Source: Desulfobacterales bacterium
GTDB lineage: Bacteria; Desulfobacterota; Desulfobacteria; Desulfobacterales; SG8-13
Length of the DNA stretch: 42,514 nucleotides
Assembly: GCA_037383965.1 (NCBI GenBank)
Contig: JARROL010000001.1
Location: forward strand, 990-43,503
Direction of reading: 5' to 3'
Positions 1 through 7,989 of the stretch are shown here, piece after piece (position 1 is the first letter of the stretch; every line of letters starts with the position of its first letter). The translations under genes were made by a program, and so were the position numbers. The notes below the pieces were generated by a model. It searched no databases. It was not told the DNA's origin and was given only the letters and a program-made list of their open reading frames with translations.

Positions 1-365
1 ATGACCACTACCGTCAGGACATCCGCCCACGCGTCCGGCAGCGCCCACCAGCTGAGGTTTACGGCCTCGTCCAATAAAATGACGTGCGCCAGTAGGAATA
101 TCGGCGCAATCACCAGACCAATATGGAACACGAACGTGACAACGGTGAGAATCGGGTGCCGACGCCAATTAACCGTCCCGAAAGGGATAATCCAGTGAAA
201 AATCGAGCGCAGACTGTATTTCCAGCTCATGTACGTAAATATGAACGGCTCTTTTTCTTTAACCAGCATGAACAACCGGATCAACCGGTAGAGACAACCG
301 CCGAAAAACAGAATGAAAGCCAGCCATGCCAGAGGACCGCTGACGAAATTGTAAATCTCACGCAT
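1..365 (-). CDS. Partial (about 121 N-terminal aa; continues past window start) integral-membrane cytochrome b of the NarI-gamma / DsrM / HmeC / TmcC family
   Basis: Absent from the ORF track because it has no stop in the window. Manual minus-strand translation from ATG (365-363) behind a GGAGGGGG Shine-Dalgarno gives MREIYNFVSGPLAWLAFILFFGGCLYRLIRLF...HWIIPFGTVNWRRHPILTVVTFVFHIGLVIAPIFLLAHVILLDEAVNLSWWALPD.... It has hydrophobic helices with His residues placed as in DsrM-type heme-b proteins. It starts 12 nt after the stop of the upstream gene. Confidence 0.7.
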   Translation of the reverse strand, partial: MREIYNFVSGPLAWLAFILFFGGCLYRLIRLFMLVKEKEPFIFTYMSWKYSLRSIFHWIIPFGTVNWRRHPILTVVTFVFHIGLVIAPIFLLAHVILLDEAVNLSWWALPDAWADVLTVVV

Positions 366-376
366 ATTTCCCCCTC

Positions 377-1636
377 CTAACTTGCAAGGTCGGTTACGGG
401 TATGACGCGCCGATAATAGGAGCCGTCCTCGAGGGATTTCAAGAGGATCTTCTGGCTGTCGGGACTGAACACCGGGTCCCAGACGGCATCACATTGATGT
501 GACCACAGTCTGTCATCCACGGCGATGGTGTATTGGCCGTTTTTTTGTACCTTGGCGGCCATACGGCTTCCGTCCGGACTGAAAACCGGTTTCCAGGCCA
601 TGTCGAGTGCATCTTTCCAGACGCCGCCGTCGGCAGCGATCCGGTATTTCCCATCCTGCTTGGTGACTGCCGCGATGCGGCTTCCGTCCGGGTTGAAGAC
701 GAGATCGGTCACCAGCTCGTTGAAGACCACCGGCCATGGGGTTGCGTCTACGGCCACCGTCCACTGGCCGTATTTCACGGCGACGATGGATGCCAGCTTG
801 GTGCCGTCGGGGCTGAACAGCTGATGCCAGAGCTGGGGAAACCGGCGGTCCCACACCATTTGACCGTCCTCGGCCAGGGCCCACTTGCCCTCGACCCGGA
901 CCGGTGCGATGACCGAATGTCTTTGCGGGTGAAAGACCGGTTCCCAGACACAGCTGAAGGTCTTGTCCCACGGCTTGCCGTCCACGGCGATGGTGTAATC
1001 ATAAAGGTTGAGCCGCACTTCAGCGGCCAGGTGCTGCCCGTCCGGGCTGACGGCCAGATTCCAGACGTTGACGAACCGGGTGTCCCAGGCCTTGCCGTCC
1101 AGCGCAGCCGAAAAGGTGCCTTCCTGAAACTTGTGCACTTCACCGGAATCCGCCGCACTCACCTGGACTGCCGCCGCTGTCTTATCGCCGTCCGGGCTCA
1201 GTGCGAAATAGGTGATGTTGCTAAAGGTTTTCTCCCAGGGTGTGTCGTTCAGCGCCATGCCGTACTGCATATCCTGCTGAAATGCGACGGCGATGCTGTC
1301 GCCGTCCCGACTGTAGAGGGGATTCCAGACGTAGCCGAATTTATTCTCCCAAGCGGTGCCGTCCACGGCAACGGTCCACTCCCCCATCTCCGAGACCAGC
1401 ACGCTCAGGCGGCCGGAGGGCGTATACCGCAGGTGCCAGGCCTTGTCGAACTCTGCCCCCCAGGGCTCGCCGTTGACACAAACGTCGAACTGACCCTCGT
1501 CGACGTTGACGATAGCGGCGATGTTTTCCCCATCAGGGCTCACGTAGGGCTCCTCGACCCAGCGAAAATTCTCCTTCCATTCTCCGAAGGGAATCCGCTT
1601 TTCACCGGTTTCCCAGTCCCAGTTGTTGATGTTCAC
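377..1636 (-). CDS. Tryptophan-rich repeat protein (about ten ~38-40 aa SPDG...AVDG.PW...F..VW.PVF repeats; PD40/TolB-like beta-propeller-like); possibly TmcD-like
   Basis: 419-aa ORF. A by-eye repeat pattern such as SPDGQHLAAEVRLNLYDYTIAVDGKPWDKTFSCVWEPVF recurs about 10 times. About 23 Trp by hand count. No signal peptide seen. Operonic with the DsrM-like cytochrome b downstream. Confidence 0.75.
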   Translation of the reverse strand: MNINNWDWETGEKRIPFGEWKENFRWVEEPYVSPDGENIAAIVNVDEGQFDVCVNGEPWGAEFDKAWHLRYTPSGRLSVLVSEMGEWTVAVDGTAWENKFGYVWNPLYSRDGDSIAVAFQQDMQYGMALNDTPWEKTFSNITYFALSPDGDKTAAAVQVSAADSGEVHKFQEGTFSAALDGKAWDTRFVNVWNLAVSPDGQHLAAEVRLNLYDYTIAVDGKPWDKTFSCVWEPVFHPQRHSVIAPVRVEGKWALAEDGQMVWDRRFPQLWHQLFSPDGTKLASIVAVKYGQWTVAVDATPWPVVFNELVTDLVFNPDGSRIAAVTKQDGKYRIAADGGVWKDALDMAWKPVFSPDGSRMAAKVQKNGQYTIAVDDRLWSHQCDAVWDPVFSPDSQKILLKSLEDGSYYRRVIPVTDLAS

Positions 1637-1714
1637 TATACTCCCTCCTTTTCATCCCACTGACCTTATTGCAGGGAATACCTCAATTTACGCAAACTGC
1701 TCTATACAGTATCC

Positions 1715-1967
1715 CATTTGAAAATTCAACACGGCCAACTCATAGCCTATGCAGATTATTATTGGGTTTACAACAGACCATTTCGGTTATGTACGCCGAC
1801 GGTGCATGGGCCGGTTACATTAGGGGTATAAATAAAAGTGTTGAATTTTTCAACAGGCGTGTTGAATAAGCCAACATCGTTTTTATTTGATAAATATTAT
1901 ATGAAATCAAAAAGTTAAGAGTCGGGCAGACGGTTGACCAGATGTCGGACTGTTTGAAATTCCAACA
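1715..1967. promoter_or_regulatory. Array of four related 17-bp palindromic sites (TGTTGAA-N3-TTCAACA type); candidate enhancer (UAS) for a sigma54 activator, or alternatively Rex-like operators
   Basis: Sites are CATTTGAAAATTCAACA (1715-1731), TGTTGAATTTTTCAACA (1839-1855, perfect palindrome), TGTTGAATAAGCCAACA (1860-1876) and TGTTTGAAATTCCAACA (1951-1967). They lie 100-350 bp upstream of the sigma54 promoter at 2067. Confidence 0.5.
1905..1917 (+). promoter_or_regulatory. IHF-like site (WATCAA-N4-TTR) in the AT-rich tract between the palindromes and the sigma54 promoter
   Basis: AATCAAAAAGTTA matches WATCAANNNNTTR and sits in an AT-rich bendable region (1880-1920). Confidence 0.3.
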
Positions 1968-2066
1968 GGCCATCTTCTTACCGCCATTCGCCACATCCGC
2001 GGTCTTCATTTATGGATATCATTAGTTTCAACAAGTTATGTCAAAATCGGCCGTGGCGTGTCGTTG

Positions 2067-2082
2067 TGGCATAGCGCTTGCT
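2067..2082 (+). promoter_or_regulatory. Sigma54 (-24/-12) promoter
   Basis: TGGCAT-agcgc-TTGCT matches TGGCAC-N5-TTGCW with exact GG-N10-GC spacing. It lies about 65 nt upstream of the ATG at 2146. Confidence 0.75.
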
Positions 2083-2145
2083 TAATAAAGCAGAAAAACA
2101 GCTCATCATTAAACCTTTAAATACATAACATAAGGAGAGTGAAAA

Positions 2146-3135
2146 ATGACAAAAAGAAGCCTGAGAAATCAACTGGGATATGGTTCCACCTACCGCAAAG
2201 GCGATCGCACGGACGTCGATACCGCGGGGGAAATCAGCTCGGTGCTCGGTGGGCAGGTCTGGTTGATCAAACCCGACAAGGAAGCCAAGTCAGCCAACCC
2301 CTGTATATGGATGCAGGCCGGTGTGGTCAAGAACAAAGACTGTAACAACTATTACGACTGTACCAGCTGCAAATATGATCGCGGCATGCGTCTGCAGGTG
2401 GAGAAGGGCAAACAGGTCAGCTGGCAGGACGCCATGCGCATGCGGCCCGAGCTTGAAAGAGTGTGTCGACACAGCCTCACCCAGCGAATTCACAACCGCG
2501 CCTGCGCCTACGACTACAAATGTGCCACCTGCGATTTCGACCAATATTTTGAAGATGTATGGGCTACGAAAACCAACACCCTCCCGTACGAAATCCAGAG
2601 CGTCAAGGGATTCGAGGTTCCCATGGGGTATTATTTCCACAATGGCCATACCTGGGCCCGGATTGAAAGCGGCGGCTGCATTCGGGTCGGACTGGATGAC
2701 TTCGCCCTTAAACTGCTGGGTCGCGCCGATGCGCTCGATCTGCCGCTGATGGGCAAGGAACTCGACCACGGTAAGGTGGGCTGGGGACTGAAGCGCAAAG
2801 ACAACTTGGCCGATGTCCTTTCTCCCATCGACGGTGTCATCGTGGAGGTGAACGCGGATGTACGGGAAAATCCTGCTTTGACCAATCAAGAGCCTTACGG
2901 TGAGGGCTGGCTGTTCATGGTGCGGACACCGGATGTCAAGGCCACCATGAAAAAGCTCATGGTAGATGTGGACAGCCTGGACTGGATGAACACGGAAGTT
3001 CGGACACTGGAAAGCATGATCGAGCAAACCGCGGGTCCTTTGGCCGCCGACGGCGGTTATCTGCAGGAAGACATTTACGGCAACCTGCCAGATCTCGGCT
3101 GGAAGAAACTGACCCAAACGTTTCTGAGAACCTAA
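2146..3135 (+). CDS. Cys-rich protein with C-terminal glycine-cleavage-H (GcvH)-like barrel; paralog 1
   Basis: Strong SD (TAAGGAGAG). Two copies of C-x12-C-x5-C-x2-C: CIWMQAGVVKNKDCNNYYDCTSC and CRHSLTQRIHNRACAYDYKCATC. The GcvH-like core is YYFHNGHTWARIESGGCIRVGLDDFALKLLG...LSPIDGVIVEVN...NQEPYGEGWLFMV. Confidence 0.8.
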   Translation: MTKRSLRNQLGYGSTYRKGDRTDVDTAGEISSVLGGQVWLIKPDKEAKSANPCIWMQAGVVKNKDCNNYYDCTSCKYDRGMRLQVEKGKQVSWQDAMRMRPELERVCRHSLTQRIHNRACAYDYKCATCDFDQYFEDVWATKTNTLPYEIQSVKGFEVPMGYYFHNGHTWARIESGGCIRVGLDDFALKLLGRADALDLPLMGKELDHGKVGWGLKRKDNLADVLSPIDGVIVEVNADVRENPALTNQEPYGEGWLFMVRTPDVKATMKKLMVDVDSLDWMNTEVRTLESMIEQTAGPLAADGGYLQEDIYGNLPDLGWKKLTQTFLRT

Positions 3136-3245
3136 ACGTTTATTGGTGCGGCAAGCAAGGCGCATCGCGTCGGTAAAGGGCTTTGCACCGATCGGGTTAT
3201 TCGGCCTGCGCTTTGTTTGCCCCCTGCAATCAGAGGAAATTCAAA

Positions 3246-4172
3246 ATGAGAAAGCCACTAGCGGAGCATAAGGCGCGGGCGAGGCAGAATCCATGTATCT
3301 GGATGCAAGCCGGTGTGGTGCGCTCAAAACACTGCCAGCTCAACTATCAGTGCACGGCCTGCCGTTACGACAAAGCCCTGCGTCGGGTGGCCGAGGAGAA
3401 CCGAATGCTGCGGAAACGCGGAGTACCGCCGCATGGCCGCAGAGCGCGCATCGTGGCCTGGAAAGATCGACTCAGGGAATTACCGTCTTGGAAACAGCCC
3501 TGCCTGCACTCCATGAAGGGCCGCATCGAATTCAGGGCCTGCACGAATGACTACAGCTGCGTTGACTGCGAGTTCGATCAGTTCTTTTACGATCAATTCA
3601 CCGTGCATGCGGTGGTCAAACCGGTGGCGGAACTCAATATCGAAGGTTTCAAAATTCCCCAGGGCTATTACCTGCATCGCGGCCATGCCTGGGTGAAAAT
3701 CGAAGAAGAAAACACCGTCCGCATCGGCCTGGACGAGTTTGCAGCCCGCACGTTCGGCCCCTTTTCCCGGATTGATACGCCCTTGATGGGCAAAACGGTT
3801 CATCAGGACCAGCCCGAAATCCGCCTGATCCGTGGGGAAAACAGGGCCGACCTGCTTTCACCGGTCAGCGGCGTTATTACCGCCACCAACCCGCGGCTGC
3901 TGGAAGACGCGCAGGTTGAAAACCGTAACGCCTACGCGGAAGACTGGCTCATTCGGGTTCATGCCGACAACCTCCGTCGAGATTTGAAAAACCTGATGAT
4001 CAGCGATGAAACCGCGACCTTTTTGACCGAAGAAGTGGAACGCCTGTATCAGGTCATCGAGGCGGCGGCCGGTCCGCTAACGGTCGACGGCGGTCGTCTG
4101 GGAAGTGACATTTACGGTAAATTACCGCAACTGGACTGGCCCACCTTGACCCGGACTTTCCTGCGCTCCTGA
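3246..4172 (+). CDS. Cys-rich protein with C-terminal GcvH-like barrel; paralog 2
   Basis: Same architecture and same Cys spacing: CIWMQAGVVRSKHCQLNYQCTAC and CLHSMKGRIEFRACTNDYSCVDC. Core is YYLHRGHAWVKIEEENTVRIGLDEFAARTFG...LSPVSGVITATN...AYAEDWLIRV. The ATG at 3246 with a GAGGAA SD is preferred over the TTG at 3183 given in the track. Confidence 0.8.
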   Translation: MRKPLAEHKARARQNPCIWMQAGVVRSKHCQLNYQCTACRYDKALRRVAEENRMLRKRGVPPHGRRARIVAWKDRLRELPSWKQPCLHSMKGRIEFRACTNDYSCVDCEFDQFFYDQFTVHAVVKPVAELNIEGFKIPQGYYLHRGHAWVKIEEENTVRIGLDEFAARTFGPFSRIDTPLMGKTVHQDQPEIRLIRGENRADLLSPVSGVITATNPRLLEDAQVENRNAYAEDWLIRVHADNLRRDLKNLMISDETATFLTEEVERLYQVIEAAAGPLTVDGGRLGSDIYGKLPQLDWPTLTRTFLRS

Positions 4173-4393
4173 TAGAAAACGGCAGAAGCCTGCGGGTCTC
4201 GCCGTTCACGGCACCGATCAAGGTGCGAACCGGTGAGGGTCGTCGCGGCTGTCAGCCGTAAAGATGGCGCATGGGTGTGGCAGCGTGCCGTTTTTTCCCC
4301 ATGCGCCGGCTTTCCACGCTTCCATAATTCCGGCATTCCAGATCCCCCGATACCCCGTTGATACTCGATTCAGGGGACCTTTCAGCACTTTGA

Positions 4394-4972
4394 TCATTTG
4401 TTTTGGACAAGAATGATTTCGAGCTTGCTGAGTTCATCCTGCAGCAGGACCCTGCAGTGTCGGCAAAGGTGATTCGACTTACGGTCAACATCCCGTATGC
4501 TGCGGCAGTAATGCATGATGCAGGTCCGTTCCGGGCAGTGGCGCAGCGTGAAAGTATGGCCCAGTTCGTGAACGGCTTCTTTGCCGAGACGGCAGTGCAT
4601 CGCCGGATTGGTAGCCGCGGCATCGAGGCCCTCCTGCAGGCGATAGGTGGATATGATAGCGGCCTTGCCCCCCAGTTGGGCTTCGCCGTAAACGTGAGTG
4701 AGAATCGGTATGAACAGGTCGGCCTGGGTGATGGCGATGATCTTCAGTGCGTCATCCGGCGCCATTGCGGCGAGCTTTTGAATAATCACGGTTGAGTGAT
4801 ACTGCCGACGAACCGGATCCAGTGCAAAGTCGACATCCGCCAGCAGCGGCTTGATTTCACTCCGGCAACCGAATACCCGCTCGATTTCTCTAGCGACCAA
4901 TCCACACAACCCCGGGTCAATCACGCCGATGGGTGCGATGTGAATACTGTATGCGGAAAGTCGGCTCGTCAA
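4394..4972 (-). CDS. amzA: Archaemetzincin-family zinc metallopeptidase (peptidase M54)
   Basis: HELGHTFTLRHCPERTCIMHYCRSIRDVDRKSNHLCRHC matches the HExxHxxGxxHC...C.M...CxxC signature. Its start overlaps the stop of the upstream response regulator (ATGA). Confidence 0.8.
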   Translation of the reverse strand: MTSRLSAYSIHIAPIGVIDPGLCGLVAREIERVFGCRSEIKPLLADVDFALDPVRRQYHSTVIIQKLAAMAPDDALKIIAITQADLFIPILTHVYGEAQLGGKAAIISTYRLQEGLDAAATNPAMHCRLGKEAVHELGHTFTLRHCPERTCIMHYCRSIRDVDRKSNHLCRHCRVLLQDELSKLEIILVQNK

Positions 4973-6312
4973 TCTTCTCTTTGGAGGTTGTATCGTTTGA
5001 TTTTACTGTAAAGGGTCGTGCGGTCGATATCCAGGATTTTCGCACATCTGGCGATATTCCAATCGTTTTGGTCCAGAATCCGTTGGATGTGAAACTTTTC
5101 GACCTCTTTGAGGGAGTCATCCGGTGGCAGGGCAATTTTCTGGGTGCAGTAAAACGGCAAATCTTCGGATCGGATTTTGCGATGTTTTCCGATCACGATC
5201 GCTCTTTCAATCGCATTTTCGAGTTCGCGGACGTTTCCGGGCCAATCATGGAGCATCATTTCATCCATCGCCTCCCGCTGAATGCCGTCAATCGGCTTGT
5301 TGGTTTCCTGGCTGTAGTGGTTTATAAAATGGTCGGCCAGCAGCGGAATGTCCTCCTTGCGCTCCCGCAGTGATGGCATGCGAAAGGAAATCACGTTGAG
5401 CCGGTAAAAAAGGTCTTCTCGAAATAGGCCTTCTTTGATCGCCGTCTCCAGATTCCGGTTGGTGGCGGCGATGACACGGAAATCGGCCTCGATCGGTTGA
5501 GTGCCGCCCACGCGATAAAAAACACGGTCCTCCAGGACCCGCAACAAATCAATCTGCATGCGCATACCGATTTCACCGATTTCATCCAGGAAAAGGGTGC
5601 CGCCATGGGCCAGCTCCAGGCGCCCTTTCTTGGTTTCCTTGGCGTCCGTGAAAGCACCCTTCTGGTGACCGAAGAGTTCGGTTTCCATTAAGTGTTCCGG
5701 AATGGCCCCGCAGTTGACGGTCACAAAAGGGCCCTCGCAGCGGGGGCTGTTGGAGTGGATGGCCTTGGCGGCCAGCCCCTTGCCAGTACCGGTTTCTCCG
5801 GTGATCAACACGGTGCTGTCCGTGGCGGCTACATCGGTGATCAGGTCAAATATGGCATGCATGGATCCGGACTGCCCAATCATGCTCTCGAAGCGGGCGC
5901 GCTCTTTGCTGGCTTCTTTCAGGTACAGCATTTCTCGCGCCTGGGCCTGCTGGGCGACGATCTTCTCGATCAATATCCCCAATTCGTTGGGATCGAAGGG
6001 CTTGAGCAGGTAGTCATCAGCGCCGTTTTTCATGGCCTCGATGGCCGTGGAAATTGAGCCGTATGCGGTAATCATCACAACGGCCACGTCCGGTTCGTCG
6101 TTTTTGACCTGCCGCAGGACGTCCAGACCGCTCATCCCTTCCATCTTGATGTCGACCAGCATTATGTCAAAACGTGACTGGGTCAGCTTTTTCAACGCTT
6201 CCTCTCCGCTGGCGGCCGCGTCCACTTTGTATTCATCCCGCTCAAGCCAGCCGGCCAGGGATTCACGCATGATCAATTCATCATCGACAATCAGAATCTT
6301 GGTGTTGTTCAT
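4969..6312 (-). CDS. Sigma54-dependent response regulator (NtrC family: REC + AAA+ + Fis-type HTH)
   Basis: REC domain (ILIVDDE...DIMLVDIKM). Walker A GETGTGKG. GAFTDA loop (a GAFTGA variant). LFLDEIGE. C-terminal HTH (WNIARCAKILDIDRTTLYSKIKRY). The ATG at 6312 behind GGGTGGAG is preferred over the GTG at 6324. Confidence 0.9.
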   Translation of the reverse strand: MNNTKILIVDDELIMRESLAGWLERDEYKVDAAASGEEALKKLTQSRFDIMLVDIKMEGMSGLDVLRQVKNDEPDVAVVMITAYGSISTAIEAMKNGADDYLLKPFDPNELGILIEKIVAQQAQAREMLYLKEASKERARFESMIGQSGSMHAIFDLITDVAATDSTVLITGETGTGKGLAAKAIHSNSPRCEGPFVTVNCGAIPEHLMETELFGHQKGAFTDAKETKKGRLELAHGGTLFLDEIGEIGMRMQIDLLRVLEDRVFYRVGGTQPIEADFRVIAATNRNLETAIKEGLFREDLFYRLNVISFRMPSLRERKEDIPLLADHFINHYSQETNKPIDGIQREAMDEMMLHDWPGNVRELENAIERAIVIGKHRKIRSEDLPFYCTQKIALPPDDSLKEVEKFHIQRILDQNDWNIARCAKILDIDRTTLYSKIKRYNLQRED

Positions 6313-7906
6313 TTGGGTCTCCACCCTCGGCTTGCGATTCCTGCGTCCGCTGTTTCAAAGGCAGTTCAACGGTAAAAACGGTACCCTCCCCGACCTTTGA
6401 GTCCACCCGCATGGCGCCGCCGTGCTCCTGAACAATTCCGTAGGCCACCGAAAGACCCAAGCCGACGCCTTTGCCCTTTTTCTTGGTGGTGAAAAAAGGC
6501 TCGAAAAGCCGCGGCAGGTTTTGCCGGGGGATACCGTGGCCGGTGTCCCGGAAGGCTACTGCGACCGCGTTTGCTCCGGACGCCGACCGGGTTTGTACCG
6601 TCAAGACGGCGTTTTGGGCACTCTCCATGGCCTCGGCGGCATTGGAGATGATATTCATGAAGACTTGTTGGAGTTGATCTTCGGATCCGACAATCTGCGG
6701 TATGTGAGGGTCGAGGTCTTTTTCAACCTTGATGTTGTGTATTTTGAGCAGGTTTGAATTGACCATGAGCGTTTTCTCCACCAGCCGGTTCAAATCCAAG
6801 GGAGTCAGTTCTATTTTGGTCTGTCTGGAAAAGGCAAGCAAATTGGACGCAATCCGGCTGACGCGGCGGGTCTCGGTCTCCATGAGTGTCAGATACCGCG
6901 TGATACGTTCGCTCTCTTTGTGCGTGATTTTTTCTTCGGCGTAAAGCCGTTTGATCAGCAGTATTAAATTGAGTATCCCGGCGATGGGGTTGTTGATTTC
7001 ATGCACGACCGACGCCGAAAGCTTGCCGAGGGACGCCATCTTGTCCTGGTGCAGCAGTTTCTCGTGCGTTTCCTTCAATTGACGGGTGCGTTCGACCACC
7101 ATCTGTTCCAGGCGCCGAGTGATTTTTTCCTCTTCTTTTTTTCGATCCGTAATATCGCGGCTGACTTCGATGAATTTGGATAACTTGCCGCTTTTTTCCC
7201 AGATGGGGTAAATGGTGATCTCCATGTAACGATGCTCGCCGCGCTTGTTGATCCTTGACATGACGCGTTGGCTGGGACGCCGGTTTCGGATGGCCTCGTT
7301 CAGGGGGCAGACCACCGCATCGCGGCTGCACTGCAGGTTTGTTTTCTGGAAAACCTCGTGGCACTTGCGGCCGATCACCTCATCCCGGGTATAATACATT
7401 TTTTCTAAAAAGGTTTCATTGACTTCGATGATGTCCATATCCGGGTTGAGAACCAGAATAAAATCTTCGATACCATTTAGAATGGTTTCAACCTCCTGGT
7501 TGCGTTCTCGTAATTTTCTTTCTTCGATGCCGATGGCTTGCCAGAAAAGCTCGAACACATCGAAGGCCAGGACCCGAATGTGGGCCGGCCGTTTGTTGAG
7601 AATGTCCCACAGAATATAGTCGTCTGGAACCAGAATAATAATGAGCCGGATGTCGAATTTCGGATCACAGAGGTCCTGATAATCCTCTACGGTTTCAAGG
7701 CCCAGTTTCCGGGCCAGGACCATGCCGGGGGCCTGCGCATCCCTATCGGCAACGGCCCGTATACGGGCTCCGACATCGCCTTTTTCGGAAGGAAATGTCA
7801 TTTTCTTCAGTAATTCAAGACACAAATCACCCCCGCCCACGAGACCGATGTTGATCGTAGAGGGCGCCTTGTCGGTTATGAAAATGTGCGGTTCCTTTTT
7901 CGGCAT
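6281..7906 (-). CDS. Cytoplasmic sensor histidine kinase (N-terminal Rossmann-like domain + PAS + HisKA + HATPase_c)
   Basis: H-box HEINNPIAGI. N/G boxes ISNAAEAM, DTGHGIP, GKGVGLGLS. PAS-like segment ILNGIEDFILVLNPDMDIIEVNETFLEKMYYTRDEVIGRKCHEVF. No TM helices. The track start is 7915, but the ATG at 7906 is better spaced from the AGGAAG SD. The 3' end overlaps the regulator gene. Confidence 0.85.
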   Translation of the reverse strand: MPKKEPHIFITDKAPSTINIGLVGGGDLCLELLKKMTFPSEKGDVGARIRAVADRDAQAPGMVLARKLGLETVEDYQDLCDPKFDIRLIIILVPDDYILWDILNKRPAHIRVLAFDVFELFWQAIGIEERKLRERNQEVETILNGIEDFILVLNPDMDIIEVNETFLEKMYYTRDEVIGRKCHEVFQKTNLQCSRDAVVCPLNEAIRNRRPSQRVMSRINKRGEHRYMEITIYPIWEKSGKLSKFIEVSRDITDRKKEEEKITRRLEQMVVERTRQLKETHEKLLHQDKMASLGKLSASVVHEINNPIAGILNLILLIKRLYAEEKITHKESERITRYLTLMETETRRVSRIASNLLAFSRQTKIELTPLDLNRLVEKTLMVNSNLLKIHNIKVEKDLDPHIPQIVGSEDQLQQVFMNIISNAAEAMESAQNAVLTVQTRSASGANAVAVAFRDTGHGIPRQNLPRLFEPFFTTKKKGKGVGLGLSVAYGIVQEHGGAMRVDSKVGEGTVFTVELPLKQRTQESQAEGGDPNEQHQDSDCR

Positions 7907-7989
7907 ACAGAGCATCTTCCTTTCGAATGGGGATTCACTAGCATAGAATCATCTACATTGCAATTCACCCGTTGATCATACACCGTTGG

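Noticed and set aside
1-380. Plus-strand ORFs 1-198 and 123-380
   Set aside because: They are antisense shadows of the much more convincing minus-strand DsrM-like membrane protein (SD + ATG at 365, family-typical sequence). Their translations show no motifs.
439-1663. Long alternative-frame and opposite-strand ORFs inside the Trp-rich protein gene (for example 533-1663 +, 513-971 -)
   Set aside because: These are GC-rich shadow ORFs with Arg/Gly/Pro-rich low-complexity translations. The 377-1636 frame alone shows a coherent repeat architecture.
3150-3200. Possible second sigma54 promoter (CGGTAAAGGGCTTTGCA) upstream of GcvH-like paralog 2
   Set aside because: The GG-to-GC spacing is 11 nt, not 10, and the -24 element is poor (CGGTAA against TGGCAC). 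The two paralogs are more likely co-transcribed.
4266-4307. GGCGCATGGG...CCCATGCGCC stem enclosing GGCAGCGTGCC + T6, between the convergent operons
   Set aside because: The T-run lies inside the 22-nt loop of the long stem, and the inner stem is only 4 bp. It is not convincing as a terminator for either strand, so it is left unannotated.
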